Assembly (NCBI RefSeq): GCF_006345805.1
Contig: NC_043020.1
Span: forward strand, 22,196,001-22,260,000
Reading direction: 5' to 3'
Origin: Octopus sinensis
Taxonomy: Eukaryota
Length of the DNA: 64,000 nucleotides
The translations under genes and the position numbers were made by a program. Positions 1 to 13,095 of this stretch are shown here, piece by piece (position 1 is the first letter of the stretch; each line of letters begins with the position of its first letter). The notes under the pieces were generated by a model. The model saw nothing but the letters and a program-made list of their open reading frames with translations, made no database searches and was not told the origin of the DNA.

Positions 1-339
1 GCCCACGATTCCAAAGTAAGGAGACAACCAAGTTTCATATATCAATATTTTAGTTCAGCAAAATAGCTCCATTTGAAAGAAATAGCCATTTCATTCATAT
101 GATCCATTACTGTTTAAAAATCAAAGGGAAGGAAACATTAGATCGTGTGCTCTTGTTTATCATAAAATATAGCCCGGTTTGTCACAAACTGGAACCCTAC
201 TTGCATAGATTTCCGGAATCAATGCTGACTTCGAACAACATACTATATATATATTATATATATATATATATATAATATATATACATACTATATATATATG
301 CGATATATATATATATATAATATATATATATAATCTATA

Positions 340-380
<41 letters not shown>

Positions 381-876
381 TATATATGATAGATAGATAT
401 ATATAATAATACAAGGCTAGTGCTTCCATCGTTAAAAGTTAGCTGATAGGTTTGAAGTCATGGGGTAGAAAAGGAGATAAATACATGGAATACAACAACA
501 GTGTGCAAAATAAAGTAAGTAAACGAAAGGAGTTACGTAATAGTCTTTTCTTGACAGCTGTTTCGGAAGCACCATGGCTTTCATTTTAACCATGCTCATG
601 CGCAATAAATATCCATAATGTCGTTGGTATGATTAATAAAATAAGTTCCAATGGATTTGTTAGGCGAAGTCAAGTCACCCACATCGGAAGAAATATATTA
701 CAAATGTGCTTTCAATGGAATACACGACACGCATTAAATTTAATTGTGTTTATCAACATCCTTCTCTTCTTCCCACTCTCTTTCTTCCTCTTTCTTTCTC
801 CGTCCCTCTGTCTTTCTTTCTCTCTCTCTCCATTCTCCTCTTTCTCTATCGATACACTCACATGTGTATATACATA

Positions 877-910
<34 letters not shown>

Positions 911-1102
911 ATATTCACGTGATCACGTGACCGACCAGACCATCAGATGTTGCTACACATCGCTGGTCACAATGCGCTTCACATTGTTTTAGCCTTCAAA
1001 TGACGCCACCCCGCGGGCTAAGCGAGCAGGCCAATATATATATATATATATATATAATATATATACATATGTGTGCGTGTTTTTGTATGTTTATATATTA
1101 TA

Positions 1103-2958
1103 TGGTGCACTGTAGGATAGGGCCACTCCTGGAAAACGATGGCACACTCACAGGAAATCCAATGAGGGTAAGTGAAATACTAAATGAGCAATTCAAGAAT
1201 ATTTTCACTCCACCCCTAGGGCATTTTCAAGTCAGCAATCCAACTGACTTCTTTTGCCACTTCAGATATAAAATCAGAGGCAGCGATGATTGATTACATC
1301 AATATAAAGGAAGACGATGTAATAAAGGCTATTGATGAAATGAAAAAAACTCAGCTACTGGCCCCGATGGATTCCCAGCAATCCTTCTAAAAGTATGTAA
1401 GAGAGTCCTAGCAAGACCACTGCAGTTCCTCTTTCAGAGCTTCCTTGCAACTGGCAAACTTCCAAGAAAACTGAAGGAAGGTAAAATATGCCCTATTCAT
1501 AAAGGAGGTAGCAGAGCGGAGGCCAAGAACTACAGACCTATCTCTCTGACCTAACACATCAGCAAGTTCATGGAACGAATAGTCAGAAGGAAATTAATCA
1601 CCTTCCTTGAAGAAAATGACTTGCTGCCTGACACCCAACATGGTTTCCGACCAGGAAGACACTGCTTAACTCAGCTCCTACAGCACTATGACTGGGTGCT
1701 GAAACGACTGCTCAACCACTCAAATGTGGAAGTGATATATCTCGACTTTGCAAAGGCCTTTGATAAAGTCGATCATAGAAATGATATGTCACAAACTGTG
1801 TGATCTTGGCATAGTTGGAAAATTGGGAGAATGGCTTCATGACTTTCTGAAGAATAGAAGTCAGGTGGTAGTAGCCAATGGGGCCACTTCCATTAACACG
1901 CAAATAGTGAGCGGTGTCCCGCAAGGCACTGTTCTGGGACCACTACTGTTCATAATGGCCCTCTCAGACATGCCCTCAGCCACGTACAAGCCACGATCAC
2001 AAGTTATGCAGATGATACAAAAGTTTCACAGGCAATACAGAACTCTGAAGACACTAAGCACCTGCAATGTGAGCTGGACAAAATATACGAGTGGGCTGAA
2101 AAGAATAGCATGCAGTTCAATGCTGAAATTTTCAAGCTTTATACTATCAGCATGCAAAACTAAATGCAATACACAATAAATACACTGGACCTGAAAGAAT
2201 TGCAATCCCAGAGGCACAATCAATGCGAGACCTGGGTATTTACATGAGTGATGATGCAACCTTTCATGTGCATGTTGCTAAATTGGCAATGAAATGTAGG
2301 CGGCTGACCGGATGGATTCTTAGAACCTTTAGAACAAGAGACCAGGAAACCATGATGGTCCTCTGGAGGACACTTGTCCTAAGCCACTTGACTATTGCTC
2401 TCAGCTATGGTCACCATCCAGTGTCAAGTTAATCACAGAACTTGAGGCGATCCAACGAAGCTACACGAAGAAGATAGCCTCTGTGCAGCATATAATCTAT
2501 TGGGAAAGACTCAAGAGATTGAGACTCTATTCCTTAGAGCGTAGGCGAGAAGATATGCCATAATATACATCTGGAAGATCCTCGAAGGACTTGTTCCAAA
2601 CTTTGTCATCGAGAGTTACACAAATGCCAGAACTGGGCGCCACTGCATAGTGCCAAGGACTCCAAATTTGCCATCAAGATGTAGGACAAGATACTGTGAT
2701 AGCCTGGGCTTCCGAGGCTCACAGCTCTTCAATATCCTCCGAAGAACCTAAGAGACCTGCACGGGGTGGATGCAGATGTCTTTAAAATGAAACTGGATCT
2801 CTTCTTATCAGGTGCCCCAGATGAACCGACGGCAGGGGGTGCAGATGAGGGCAGCTGCATCGAACTCTCTCATGCACCAAATGGCATTTGCTAAAAAGCA
2901 TTCCTGCAGTAAAATCATGTAGCGACACCAAATGGCCACAGCTTGTGAGCTGAAACAA
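1103..2958 (+). mobile_element. 5'-truncated, degenerate CR1-group LINE (family A, copy 1), RT and 3' UTR
   Basis: Near-identical to 6575-8460. Motifs QHGFR, YLDFAKAFDKVDH and GVPQGTVLGP, with several frameshifts and stops. Confidence 0.92.
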
Positions 2959-3730
2959 AATATAAAATTTTTTTTAAAATGTATGTATACGTATTTCCGG
3001 TTCCGGCAGGGAAAGTCGTGTATCGCCTTTGCTCTGTTTAAAAAAGGCAGAAAGTGTGCATAAATCGGTGAAATAATCTACTGAAAGTCACAAATTCAAC
3101 TCATAAAGTCCACTACAACACTTCGGTTACAAATATATTAATCAAAAACGTAATATATTTTGCCTGAAGCCAATACAGTAATAATTTTTTCTTTTCGCCG
3201 AAAACGCACATGGTGAAAAATTCACTGAAGTAACTTATCTCCTAGAAGAAGAAAAAGAAACATCTCCTGGAAAATAATCCCGTAAACCACAAAAAATCCA
3301 GACCACATCGTTGGATTAAGTATCACTTCATCTTCTATTCAGATTATGTTTATTATCCTATTTTATCCCCCTTAACTTAAGCCCACATCTCTGTTAAAGT
3401 TACGATCGCCATTTTTGTTTTGTTTACATATATATCTGTTCTCGAAGGCAGAAATTGGCTTCAGAATTAAATAACCCTTTCTTCACACTTTAATATATAT
3501 ATATTTTATATATTCACTTCATCATTTTTTTTTTTTTCACCTTCCTTCTCTCCCCGTCTGTGTATATGTGTGTTGTGTGTGTGTGTGTGTGTGTGCACGT
3601 GTATGTATATATGTGTGCGTGTATGTATATATGTATGCGTATATATGCATGGACGTGAACTTTCACGAACTTTAGATAGATAAATAATCTTTCCTCTCTT
3701 TCTTACCCTCTCATCTCTCATCTCTCTCTC

Positions 3731-4482
3731 TTTCAGATACTCTATCTTCTAATTAGCCTTAAGATTAAATAACGTTTAATATTGTTTAATATTGTTTAAC
3801 ATTGTTAATAATTTTTCAGATACTCTATCTTCTAATTAGCCTTAAGAATAAACAACGTTTTTACCCACACTTTAACATCTTCTAATTTTTTACCCACACT
3901 TTAATATCTTCTAATTAGCCTTTTACCCACATTCTAATATTTGTTAATATATTTTCAGATACTCTATCCTCTAATTAGCTTAAGATTAAATAACGTTCTT
4001 ATCCACACTTTAACATTTTACCCACACTTTAATATATTTTTGAATACTCTATCTTCTAATTAGCCTTAAGATTAAATAACGTTTTTACCCACACTTTAAT
4101 ATAATATTAATATTGTTAACATATTTTCAGACACTCTATCTCTTAATTAGCCTTAAGATTAAATAACGTTTTACCCACAAACTTTAATATTGCTAATATA
4201 CTAATACTCTATCCTCTAATTAGCCTTAAGATTAAATAACGTTTTTATCCACACTTTAACATTTTTACCCACACTTTAATATATTTTTGAATACTCTATC
4301 TTCTAATTAGCCTTAAGATTAAATAACGTTTTTATCCACACCCTAATATAATATTAATATTGCTAATATATTTTCAGATACTCTATCTCCTAATTAGCCT
4401 TAAGATTAAATAACGTTTTTACCCACAAACTTTAATATTGTTAATATTTTTTCAAATACTCTATCTTCTAATTAGCCTTAAT
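3731..4482 (+). repeat. Tandem array of about 9 AT-rich monomers, mostly about 85 bp apart (core ATACTCTATCTTCTAATTAGCCTTAAGATTAAATAACGTT), directly 5' of the LINE
   Basis: Core recurs near 3737, 3820, 3959, 4044, 4130, 4205, 4290, 4378 and 4457. Confidence 0.9.
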
Positions 4483-4542
4483 ATCTTCTTGTCTTCTCTC
4501 GAACATAGTTAGATAGATAAACAAATAGACAGATTATCCAGC

Positions 4543-5395
4543 ATGTCCAGAGCCTGGAGACCTGACGAACTAGATTTATTTGTACGAGCCTGGGAGTGCG
4601 CCGACGGAGATAGCCCTAGCGAGGTGATTGCGGCTGCGCTGAAGAACAACGGCTACAAGAGGACAGCGGCTCAGATGGAGTGAAAGAGACGGGATTCGTG
4701 CGCTCATATGCGCTTGTACGGTCGCATATTGGCGCACTTGATGCCATCTTTGAGAACGAGCGGGGCAAAGATGGCAAGAATGGAGACGATGAAAGAAGTC
4801 ACCCCCAACTGGTGGACGCCCGGGAGGAGGTTTTGAATGAGAAACCTGCCCGGGAAGTGAACCCAGGTGCAAGTTCTCCAACCGGCAGCAAGGGCCATGG
4901 AGACGGAGAACGCGGTGAAGAGGTAGAGGGAGGAGGAAGAACTAAAAGAAGGACTGGAAGAGCTAAAGGAAAAGCTCAAGCAGGACCAAAGGGTAGAAAA
5001 ACCAGGAATAGAAGTGGAACCGCAAAAAGATGGAAACAAACAGCGCACACGGGTGTGTAGGTTCTACCTGAGAGGTTCCTGCTGGCATGGAAAGGAAGGT
5101 GCAGGCTGCCGCTTTGCACATCGGGGACCCTGCCACAGAGACACGAGGCAGATGGACAAACCATCAACACAAGGAAAAGGGATGGACCACATACCACTTG
5201 CCCCAAGCGGAGGTACGCAGATGTTGTGGTGCCACAAACCGCCAGCATGATGTTGTCGAAAGGGCAGCTGCTGAGCAACATCTTTTTTGTGCATGGCCAC
5301 AAAAGATGTACAGCAGCTGACCTGGCTTCATCAAACCCAAGCCCGCATGTGGACTACCCACTATATACCAGACCACCACAGCAAACAGACCCAGG
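4543..5395 (+). pseudogene. Frameshifted LINE ORF1 with N-terminal Myb/SANT-like motif and a CCCH zinc finger
   Basis: MSRAWRPDELDLFVRAWECADGDSPSEVIAAALKNNGYKRTAAQ from ATG 4543. VCRFYLRGSCWHGKEGAGCRFAH near 5053-5121. Broken across three frames. Confidence 0.6.
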
Positions 5396-8390
5396 ATGGA
5401 CACCGCCGGCAACAACGTACACCTCACCTTGATGCTCCTACTGAACATCAGAGGACTGCAAACACTCAGTAACAGGACAAAGATCCCGTTCCTGAGAGAC
5501 TTTGTTGCATGCAATCAAGCCTTATGCATAGCACTTACGGAAACGCACCTGAAACCGGACATAGCAGATGCGGAGTTACACATACCACAGTATGCTGTAC
5601 TACGGACCGACAGGAAAGAAAGGAGTCATGGAGGTGTTGCTATGTACATCCGTGAGGACCTCACACCCCAGGTCCTCTTGTCATACTCAAACTCGGTGTG
5701 TGACACACTAATTGTACATATTAGGCAACTTGATGTAGTTGTGTGTACTACATATCGCCCTCCAGATGCCCCAAGCCATGTGGGCAAGTTTGAAGACTGC
5801 CTTATAAAAATAGAAGTTCTAACCACATTAGAACAACACATAAGTGTACTTCTTATGGGAGACTTCAATCTGCCCAATGTCAGATGGCCCGAGGGCCTTT
5901 CTCTCCCAGGAATGACAAGATGTGAACGAGGACAGGCGAGGTCCCTCCTGAACCTCATCAACACCCTTTACATGGAGCAGGTAATACTCCAACCAACCAG
6001 GGCAGGTAACACACTGGATCTCTGCTTCACAAATGACATGGATCTCATCCACAATGTGAAAGTGACACCGACACTACTCTCGGATCACAACATGATAGAG
6101 CTGACCATGTACGGGCCAAAAGAGAGCACGGACATGCAGCCTACAAGAAACCCTCAGAATCTTTCCAGCTTGAACTACCATAAGGCAAACTGGAAACAAA
6201 TTGAGAAAGAGATCCTGAAACAAAACTGGCCTAAATGTCTCTCCTCGCCAGACATCGACGTGAAACTTCAACACTTCATGTCTGTAATGCAAGCCATATG
6301 CTACAAATGTGTCCCAGAGAGAAAGGCCACTGTACACAAGAACAAAATCCCCAGAGAGAGGAAAATTTTAATGAGACGACGTACGAAATTTTCAAATCGC
6401 CTAAACAAACAGATTGAAAGCAGTGAAAAGTCCCGCATAAAAATAAAACTGTTGGAAATCGAAAAATGTCTGCAACTCTCCCATGAAAAAGAAAGAGCAG
6501 ACAAAGAAGCCTGGGCTATAGACAACATAAAATCTAACCCCAGAGCTTTCTACAGGTATGCCAAAGAAACAGCTACGGTGCACTGTAGAATAGGGCCACT
6601 CCTCGAAAAGGATGGCACACTTACAGGAAAACCAATGTGGGTAAGTGAAATACTGAATGAGCAATTCAAGAGTGTTTTCACTCCACCCCTTGGGCATCTC
6701 CAAATCAGCAATCCAACCGACTTTTTTACCACTGCAGATATAAAATCAGAGGCGGCGACGATAGATTACATCGATATAAAGGAAGACAATGTAATCAAGG
6801 CTATAGATGAAATGAAAACAGACTCAGCTACTGGCCCTGATGGATTCCCGGCAATCCTCCTAAAAGCATGTAAGAGAGTCCTAGCAAGACCACTGCAGTT
6901 CCTCTTTCAGAGCTTCCTTGCAGCTGGCAAACTTCCAAGAAAACTGAAGGAAGGTAAAATATGCCCCATTCATAAAGGAGGTAGCAGAGCGGAAGCCAAG
7001 AACTATAGACCTATCTCTCTGACCTTACACATCAGCAAGGTCATGGAACGAATAGTTAGAAGGAAGCTGATCACCTTCCTTGAAGAGAATGACTTGCTGC
7101 CCGACATCCAACATGGTTTCCGACCAGGGAGAAGCTGTTTAACTCAGCTCCTACAACACTATGACTGGGTGCTGAAACGGCTGCTCAACCACTCAAATGT
7201 GGAAGTGATATATCTCGACTTTGCAAAGGCCTTTGATAAAGTCGATCATGGAATGATATGTCACAAACTGCGTGATCTCAACATAGTTGGAAAACTGGGA
7301 GAATGGCTTCATGACTTTCTGAAAGATAGAAGTCAGGTGGTAGTGGCCAATGGGGCCACTTCCATTAACACGCAAATAGTGAGCGGTGTTCCGCAGGGCA
7401 CTGTTCTGGGACCACTACTGTTCATAATGGCCCTCTCAGACATGCCCTCAGCCACGCAGAGAGCCACGATCACAAGTTATGCAGATGATACAAAAGTTTC
7501 ACAGGCAATACAGAACCCTGATGACACTAATCACCTGCAATGTGAGCTAGACAAAATATACAAGTGGGCCGAAAAGAATAGCATGCAGTTCAATGCTGAA
7601 AAGTTTTCAAGCTCTATACTATCAGCATGCAAAACTAAATGCAATACCCAATGAATACATTGGACCCGGAGGAATAGCAATCCCAGAGACACAATCAGTG
7701 CGTGACCTAGGTATTTACATGAGTGATGACGCGACCTTTCGTGTACATGTTGCTAAATTGGCAATGAAATGTAGACGACTGGCCGGATGGATCCTCAGAA
7801 CCTTTAGAACAAGAGAACAAGAAACCATGATGGTCCTCTGGAGGACACTTGTCCTAAGCCACTTTGACTACTGCTCTCAGTTATGGTCACCATCCAGTGT
7901 CAAGTTGATCACAGAGCTCGAGGCGATCCAACGTAGCTACACGAAGAAGATAGCCTCTATGCAGAATGTAAGCTACTGGGAAAGACTCAAGAGATTAAAA
8001 CTATATTCCCTGGAGCGTAGGCGGGAAAGATATGCCATAATATACATCTGGAAGATCCTGGAGGGACGTGTCCTGAACTTTGGCATCGAGAGTTACGCAA
8101 ATGCCAGAACTGGGCGCCACTGCGTGGTGCCTAGGACTCCAAACTTGCCATCAAGATGTAGGACAAGATTCTGTGATAGCCTGGGCTTCCGAGGCCCAAA
8201 GCTCTTCAATATCATCCCGAAGAACCTGAGAGACCTGCATGGGGTGGATGCAGATGTCTTTAAAATGAAGCTGGATCTCTTCCTGTCAGGTGTCCCAGAT
8301 GAATCAACTTCACGGCAGGAGGGGCAGATGAGGGCAGCTGCATCGAACTCTCTCATGCACCAAATGGCAGTTGCTAGAAAGCTTTCGTGA
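5396..8390 (+). pseudogene. LINE ORF2 (APE endonuclease + reverse transcriptase), one +1 frameshift near 7604
   Basis: ORFs 5396-7654 and 7593-8390 join at AAAGTTTTCAAG, where the copy at 13.9 kb has one T fewer. Otherwise open. Confidence 0.9.
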
Positions 8391-8588
8391 AGTGAAACCA
8401 AATAGCAACACCAAATGGCGGTGCCCCAGCATGGCCACAGCTCATAAGCTGAAACTAGAATCAATCAATCAATCAATCAATCATATGTATGTATGTATAT
8501 ATATATATGTATGCATATATATATATATGTATGTATATATATATGTATATATATATGTATATATATGTATGTATATATATATATATGT

Positions 8589-10703
8589 ATCATCATCATC
8601 ATCATCATTTAACGTCCGCTTTCCATGCTAGCATGGGTTGGACGGTTCAACTGGGGTCTGGGGAGCCCGAAGGCTGCACCAGTCCAGTCAGATCTGGCAG
8701 TGTTTCTACAGCTGGATGCCCTTCCTAACGCCAACCACTCCGAGAGTGTAGTGGGTGATTTTATGTGCCACCGACACAGGTGCCAGACGAGGCTGGCAAA
8801 CGGCCACGCTCAGATGGTGTTTTTTTTTTGTGCCACCGACACAGGTGCCAGACGAGGCTGGCAGACGGCCACGCTCGGATGGTGTTTTTATGTGCCACCG
8901 ACACAGGTGCCAGATGAGGCTGGCAAACGGCCACGATTGGATGGTGTTTGTTACGTGCCCACAGCACGGAGGCCAGTCGATGCGGTACTGGCTACGGCCA
9001 CGTTCGGATGGTTTTCTCGTGTGCCACGTGCCACCGGCACTGGTACCACAAAGATACAAATTCCATTGATGTTCATCTATTTTGATTTGTTTTGATTTGA
9101 TTTTCACTTGCCTCAACAGGTCTTCACAAGTGTCACAAGAAGGAAGGTAAGCACAGGTGGACTGACTACGTCCCAGGTAGGGGGCACGGGTTATGGCCTG
9201 ACTAGTCTTGCCGGGTCTTCGGATGGTGTTTTTATGTGCCACCGACATAGTTGCCAGATGAGGCTGGCGAACGGCTATGATCGGATGGTGTTTGTTACGT
9301 GCCCACAGCACGGAGGCCAGTCGATGCGGTACTGGCTACGGCCACGTTCGGATGGTTTTCTTGTGTGCCACCGGCACTGGTACCACAAAGATACAAATTC
9401 CATTAATGTTCATCTATTTTGATTTGTTTTGAATTGATTTGATTTTGATTTTGATTTTGATTTTCACTTGCCTGAACAGGTCTTCACAAGTGTCACAAGA
9501 AGGAAGGTATGCACAGGTGGACTGACTACGTCCCAGGTAGGGGCCACAGGTTATGGCCTGACTAGTCTTGCCGGGTCTTCGGATGGTGTTTTTATGTGCC
9601 ACCGACACAGGTGCCAGATGAGGCTGGCGAACGGCCACGATCGGATGGTGTTGTCGGTGCAGTACTGGCTACGGCCACGTTCGGATGGTCTTCTTGTGTG
9701 CCACCGGCACTGGTACCACAAGATACAAATTCCATTGATGTTCATCTATTTGATTTGTTTTGATTTGATTTTGATTTTCACTTGCCTCAACAGGCCTTCA
9801 CAAGTATCACAAGGAGGAAGGTATGCACAGGTGGACTGACTACGTACCAGGTAGGGGACACAGGTGCTAGATGAGGCTGGCGAACGGCCACGATCGGGTG
9901 GTGTTTGTTATGTGCCCACAGCACGATGGCCAGTCGATGCGGTACTGACTACGGCCACGTTCGGATGGATTTCTTGTGTGCCACCGGCACTGGTACCACA
10001 CAGATACAAATTCCATTGATGATCATCTATTTTGATTTGATTTGATTTTTTGATTTTCACTTGCCTCAACAGGTCTTCACAAGTGTCACAAGAAGGAATG
10101 TATGCATAGGTGGACTGACTAGTCTTGCCGGGTCTTCGGAAGGTGTTTTTATGTGCCACCGACACAGGTGCCAGATGAGGCTGGCGAACGGCCACGATTG
10201 GATGGTGTTTGTTAGGTGCCCACAGCACGGAGGCCAGTCGATGCAGAACTGGCTACGGCCAAGTTCGGATGGTTCGACACAGGTGCCAGATGAGGCTGGC
10301 GAACGGCCACGATCGGATGGTGTTTGTTACGTGCCCAAAGCACGGAGGCCAGTCGATGCGGAACTGGCTACGGCCACGTTCGGATAGTTTTCTTGTGTGC
10401 CACCGGCACTGGTACCACAAAGATACAGATTCCATTGATGTTCATCTATTTTGATTTGTTTTGATTTTTGATTTGATTTGATTTTCACTTGCCTCAACAG
10501 GTCTTCACAAGTGTCACAAGAAGGAAGGTATGCACAGGTGGACTGACTACGTCCCAGGTAGGGGCTAGGGGTTATGGCCTGACAAGTCTTGCCGGGTCTT
10601 CGGATGGTGTTTTCATGTGCCACCGACACAGGTGCTAGATGAGGCTGGCGAACGGCCACGATCGGATGGTGTTTGTTATGTGCCCACAGCACGATGGCCA
10701 GTC

Positions 10704-10706
<3 letters not shown>
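8589..10706 (-). repeat. RTE-derived 3'-end element with (GAT)n tail, extended as a head-to-tail concatemer of about five 360-bp units
   Basis: Tail (CAT)n at 8589 on the + strand. ATTCCATTGATGTTCATCTATTTTG recurs near 9060, 9398, 9730, 10011 and 10429. Units match the RTE 3' end at 53540-53950. Confidence 0.88.
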
Positions 10707-10764
<58 letters not shown>

Positions 10765-10907
10765 ATGTATGTATATATATATATGTGTGTGTATGTATGT
10801 ATATATATATATATGTATATATATATATGTATATTATATATATATGTATATATTATATATATATATATATATGTGTATATATATATATATATATATAATA
10901 TATATAT

Positions 10908-12537
<1,630 letters not shown>

Positions 12538-12547
12538 GTCGTACGAC

Positions 12548-12960
12548 AGGCACCCTTGCCAACCCCCTTTGCTTGTGAAGACATGTTGGGGCAAGCGAAA
12601 TCGAAATCGAATTGAACCAGCCAGGATCCCTGGTCTGGTGGTACGTAAAAAGCACTATCCGACTCGTGGCCGATGCCAGCACCGCCTCGACTGGCTTCCG
12701 TGCCGGTGGCACATAAAATACACCAATCTGACCGTGGCCGTTGCCAGCCCCGCCTGGCACCTGTGCAGGTGGCACGTAAAAAGCACCCACTACACTCACG
12801 GAGTGGTTGGCGTTAGGAAGGGCATCCAGCTGTAGAAACATTGCCAAATTAGACTGGAGCCTGGTGCAGCCTTCTGGCTTCCCAGAACCCCGGTCGAACC
12901 GTCCAACCCATGCTAGCATGGAGAACGGACGTTAAACGACGATGATGATGATGATGATGT
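12548..12960 (+). mobile_element. RTE-related 3' UTR fragment with (GAT)n tail
   Basis: GGAGTGGTTGGCGTTAGGAAGGGCATCCAGCTGTAG ... CCAACCCATGCTAGCATGG ... GACGTTAAACGACGATGATG, as in the RTE copy at 53950-54120. Confidence 0.85.
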
Positions 12961-13037
12961 GTATATATATATATATTTATATATATGTATGTGTATATAT
13001 ATATATATGTATGAATATATGTATGTATATATATGTG

Positions 13038-13084
<47 letters not shown>

Positions 13085-13095
13085 GTGTGTATATA

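Larger units (their letters stand above)
4491..8482 (+). mobile_element. Near full-length CR1-group LINE (family A, copy 2): ORF1, APE-RT ORF2, 3' UTR, (AATC)n tail
   Basis: ORF2 has APE motifs (NIRGL, LTETHL, YRPP, MGDFN, SDH) and RT motifs (NYRPISL, DFAKAFD, PQGTVLGP, YADD). C-terminal LYSLERRRERY is typical of the CR1 group. (TCAA)n tail at 8459-8482. Confidence 0.93.

Noticed and set aside
2990-3420. Promoter or first exon (CCGGAA motifs, AAAATGGCG on the minus strand)
   Set aside because: Only short motifs, with no supportable ORF or splice partner. It cannot be called from sequence alone.
3731-4482. CRISPR-like repeat-spacer appearance
   Set aside because: Intervening segments are variants of one another, not unique spacers. 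The context is eukaryotic and there are no cas genes.
8760-10706. CAGATGAG-GCTGGC-GAAC as a hammerhead core in the concatemer (retrozyme)
   Set aside because: U4 and A15.1 are both non-canonical, no stem III/NUH pairing can be drawn, and the motif is antisense to the RTE. No ribozyme was recognised in the unit.
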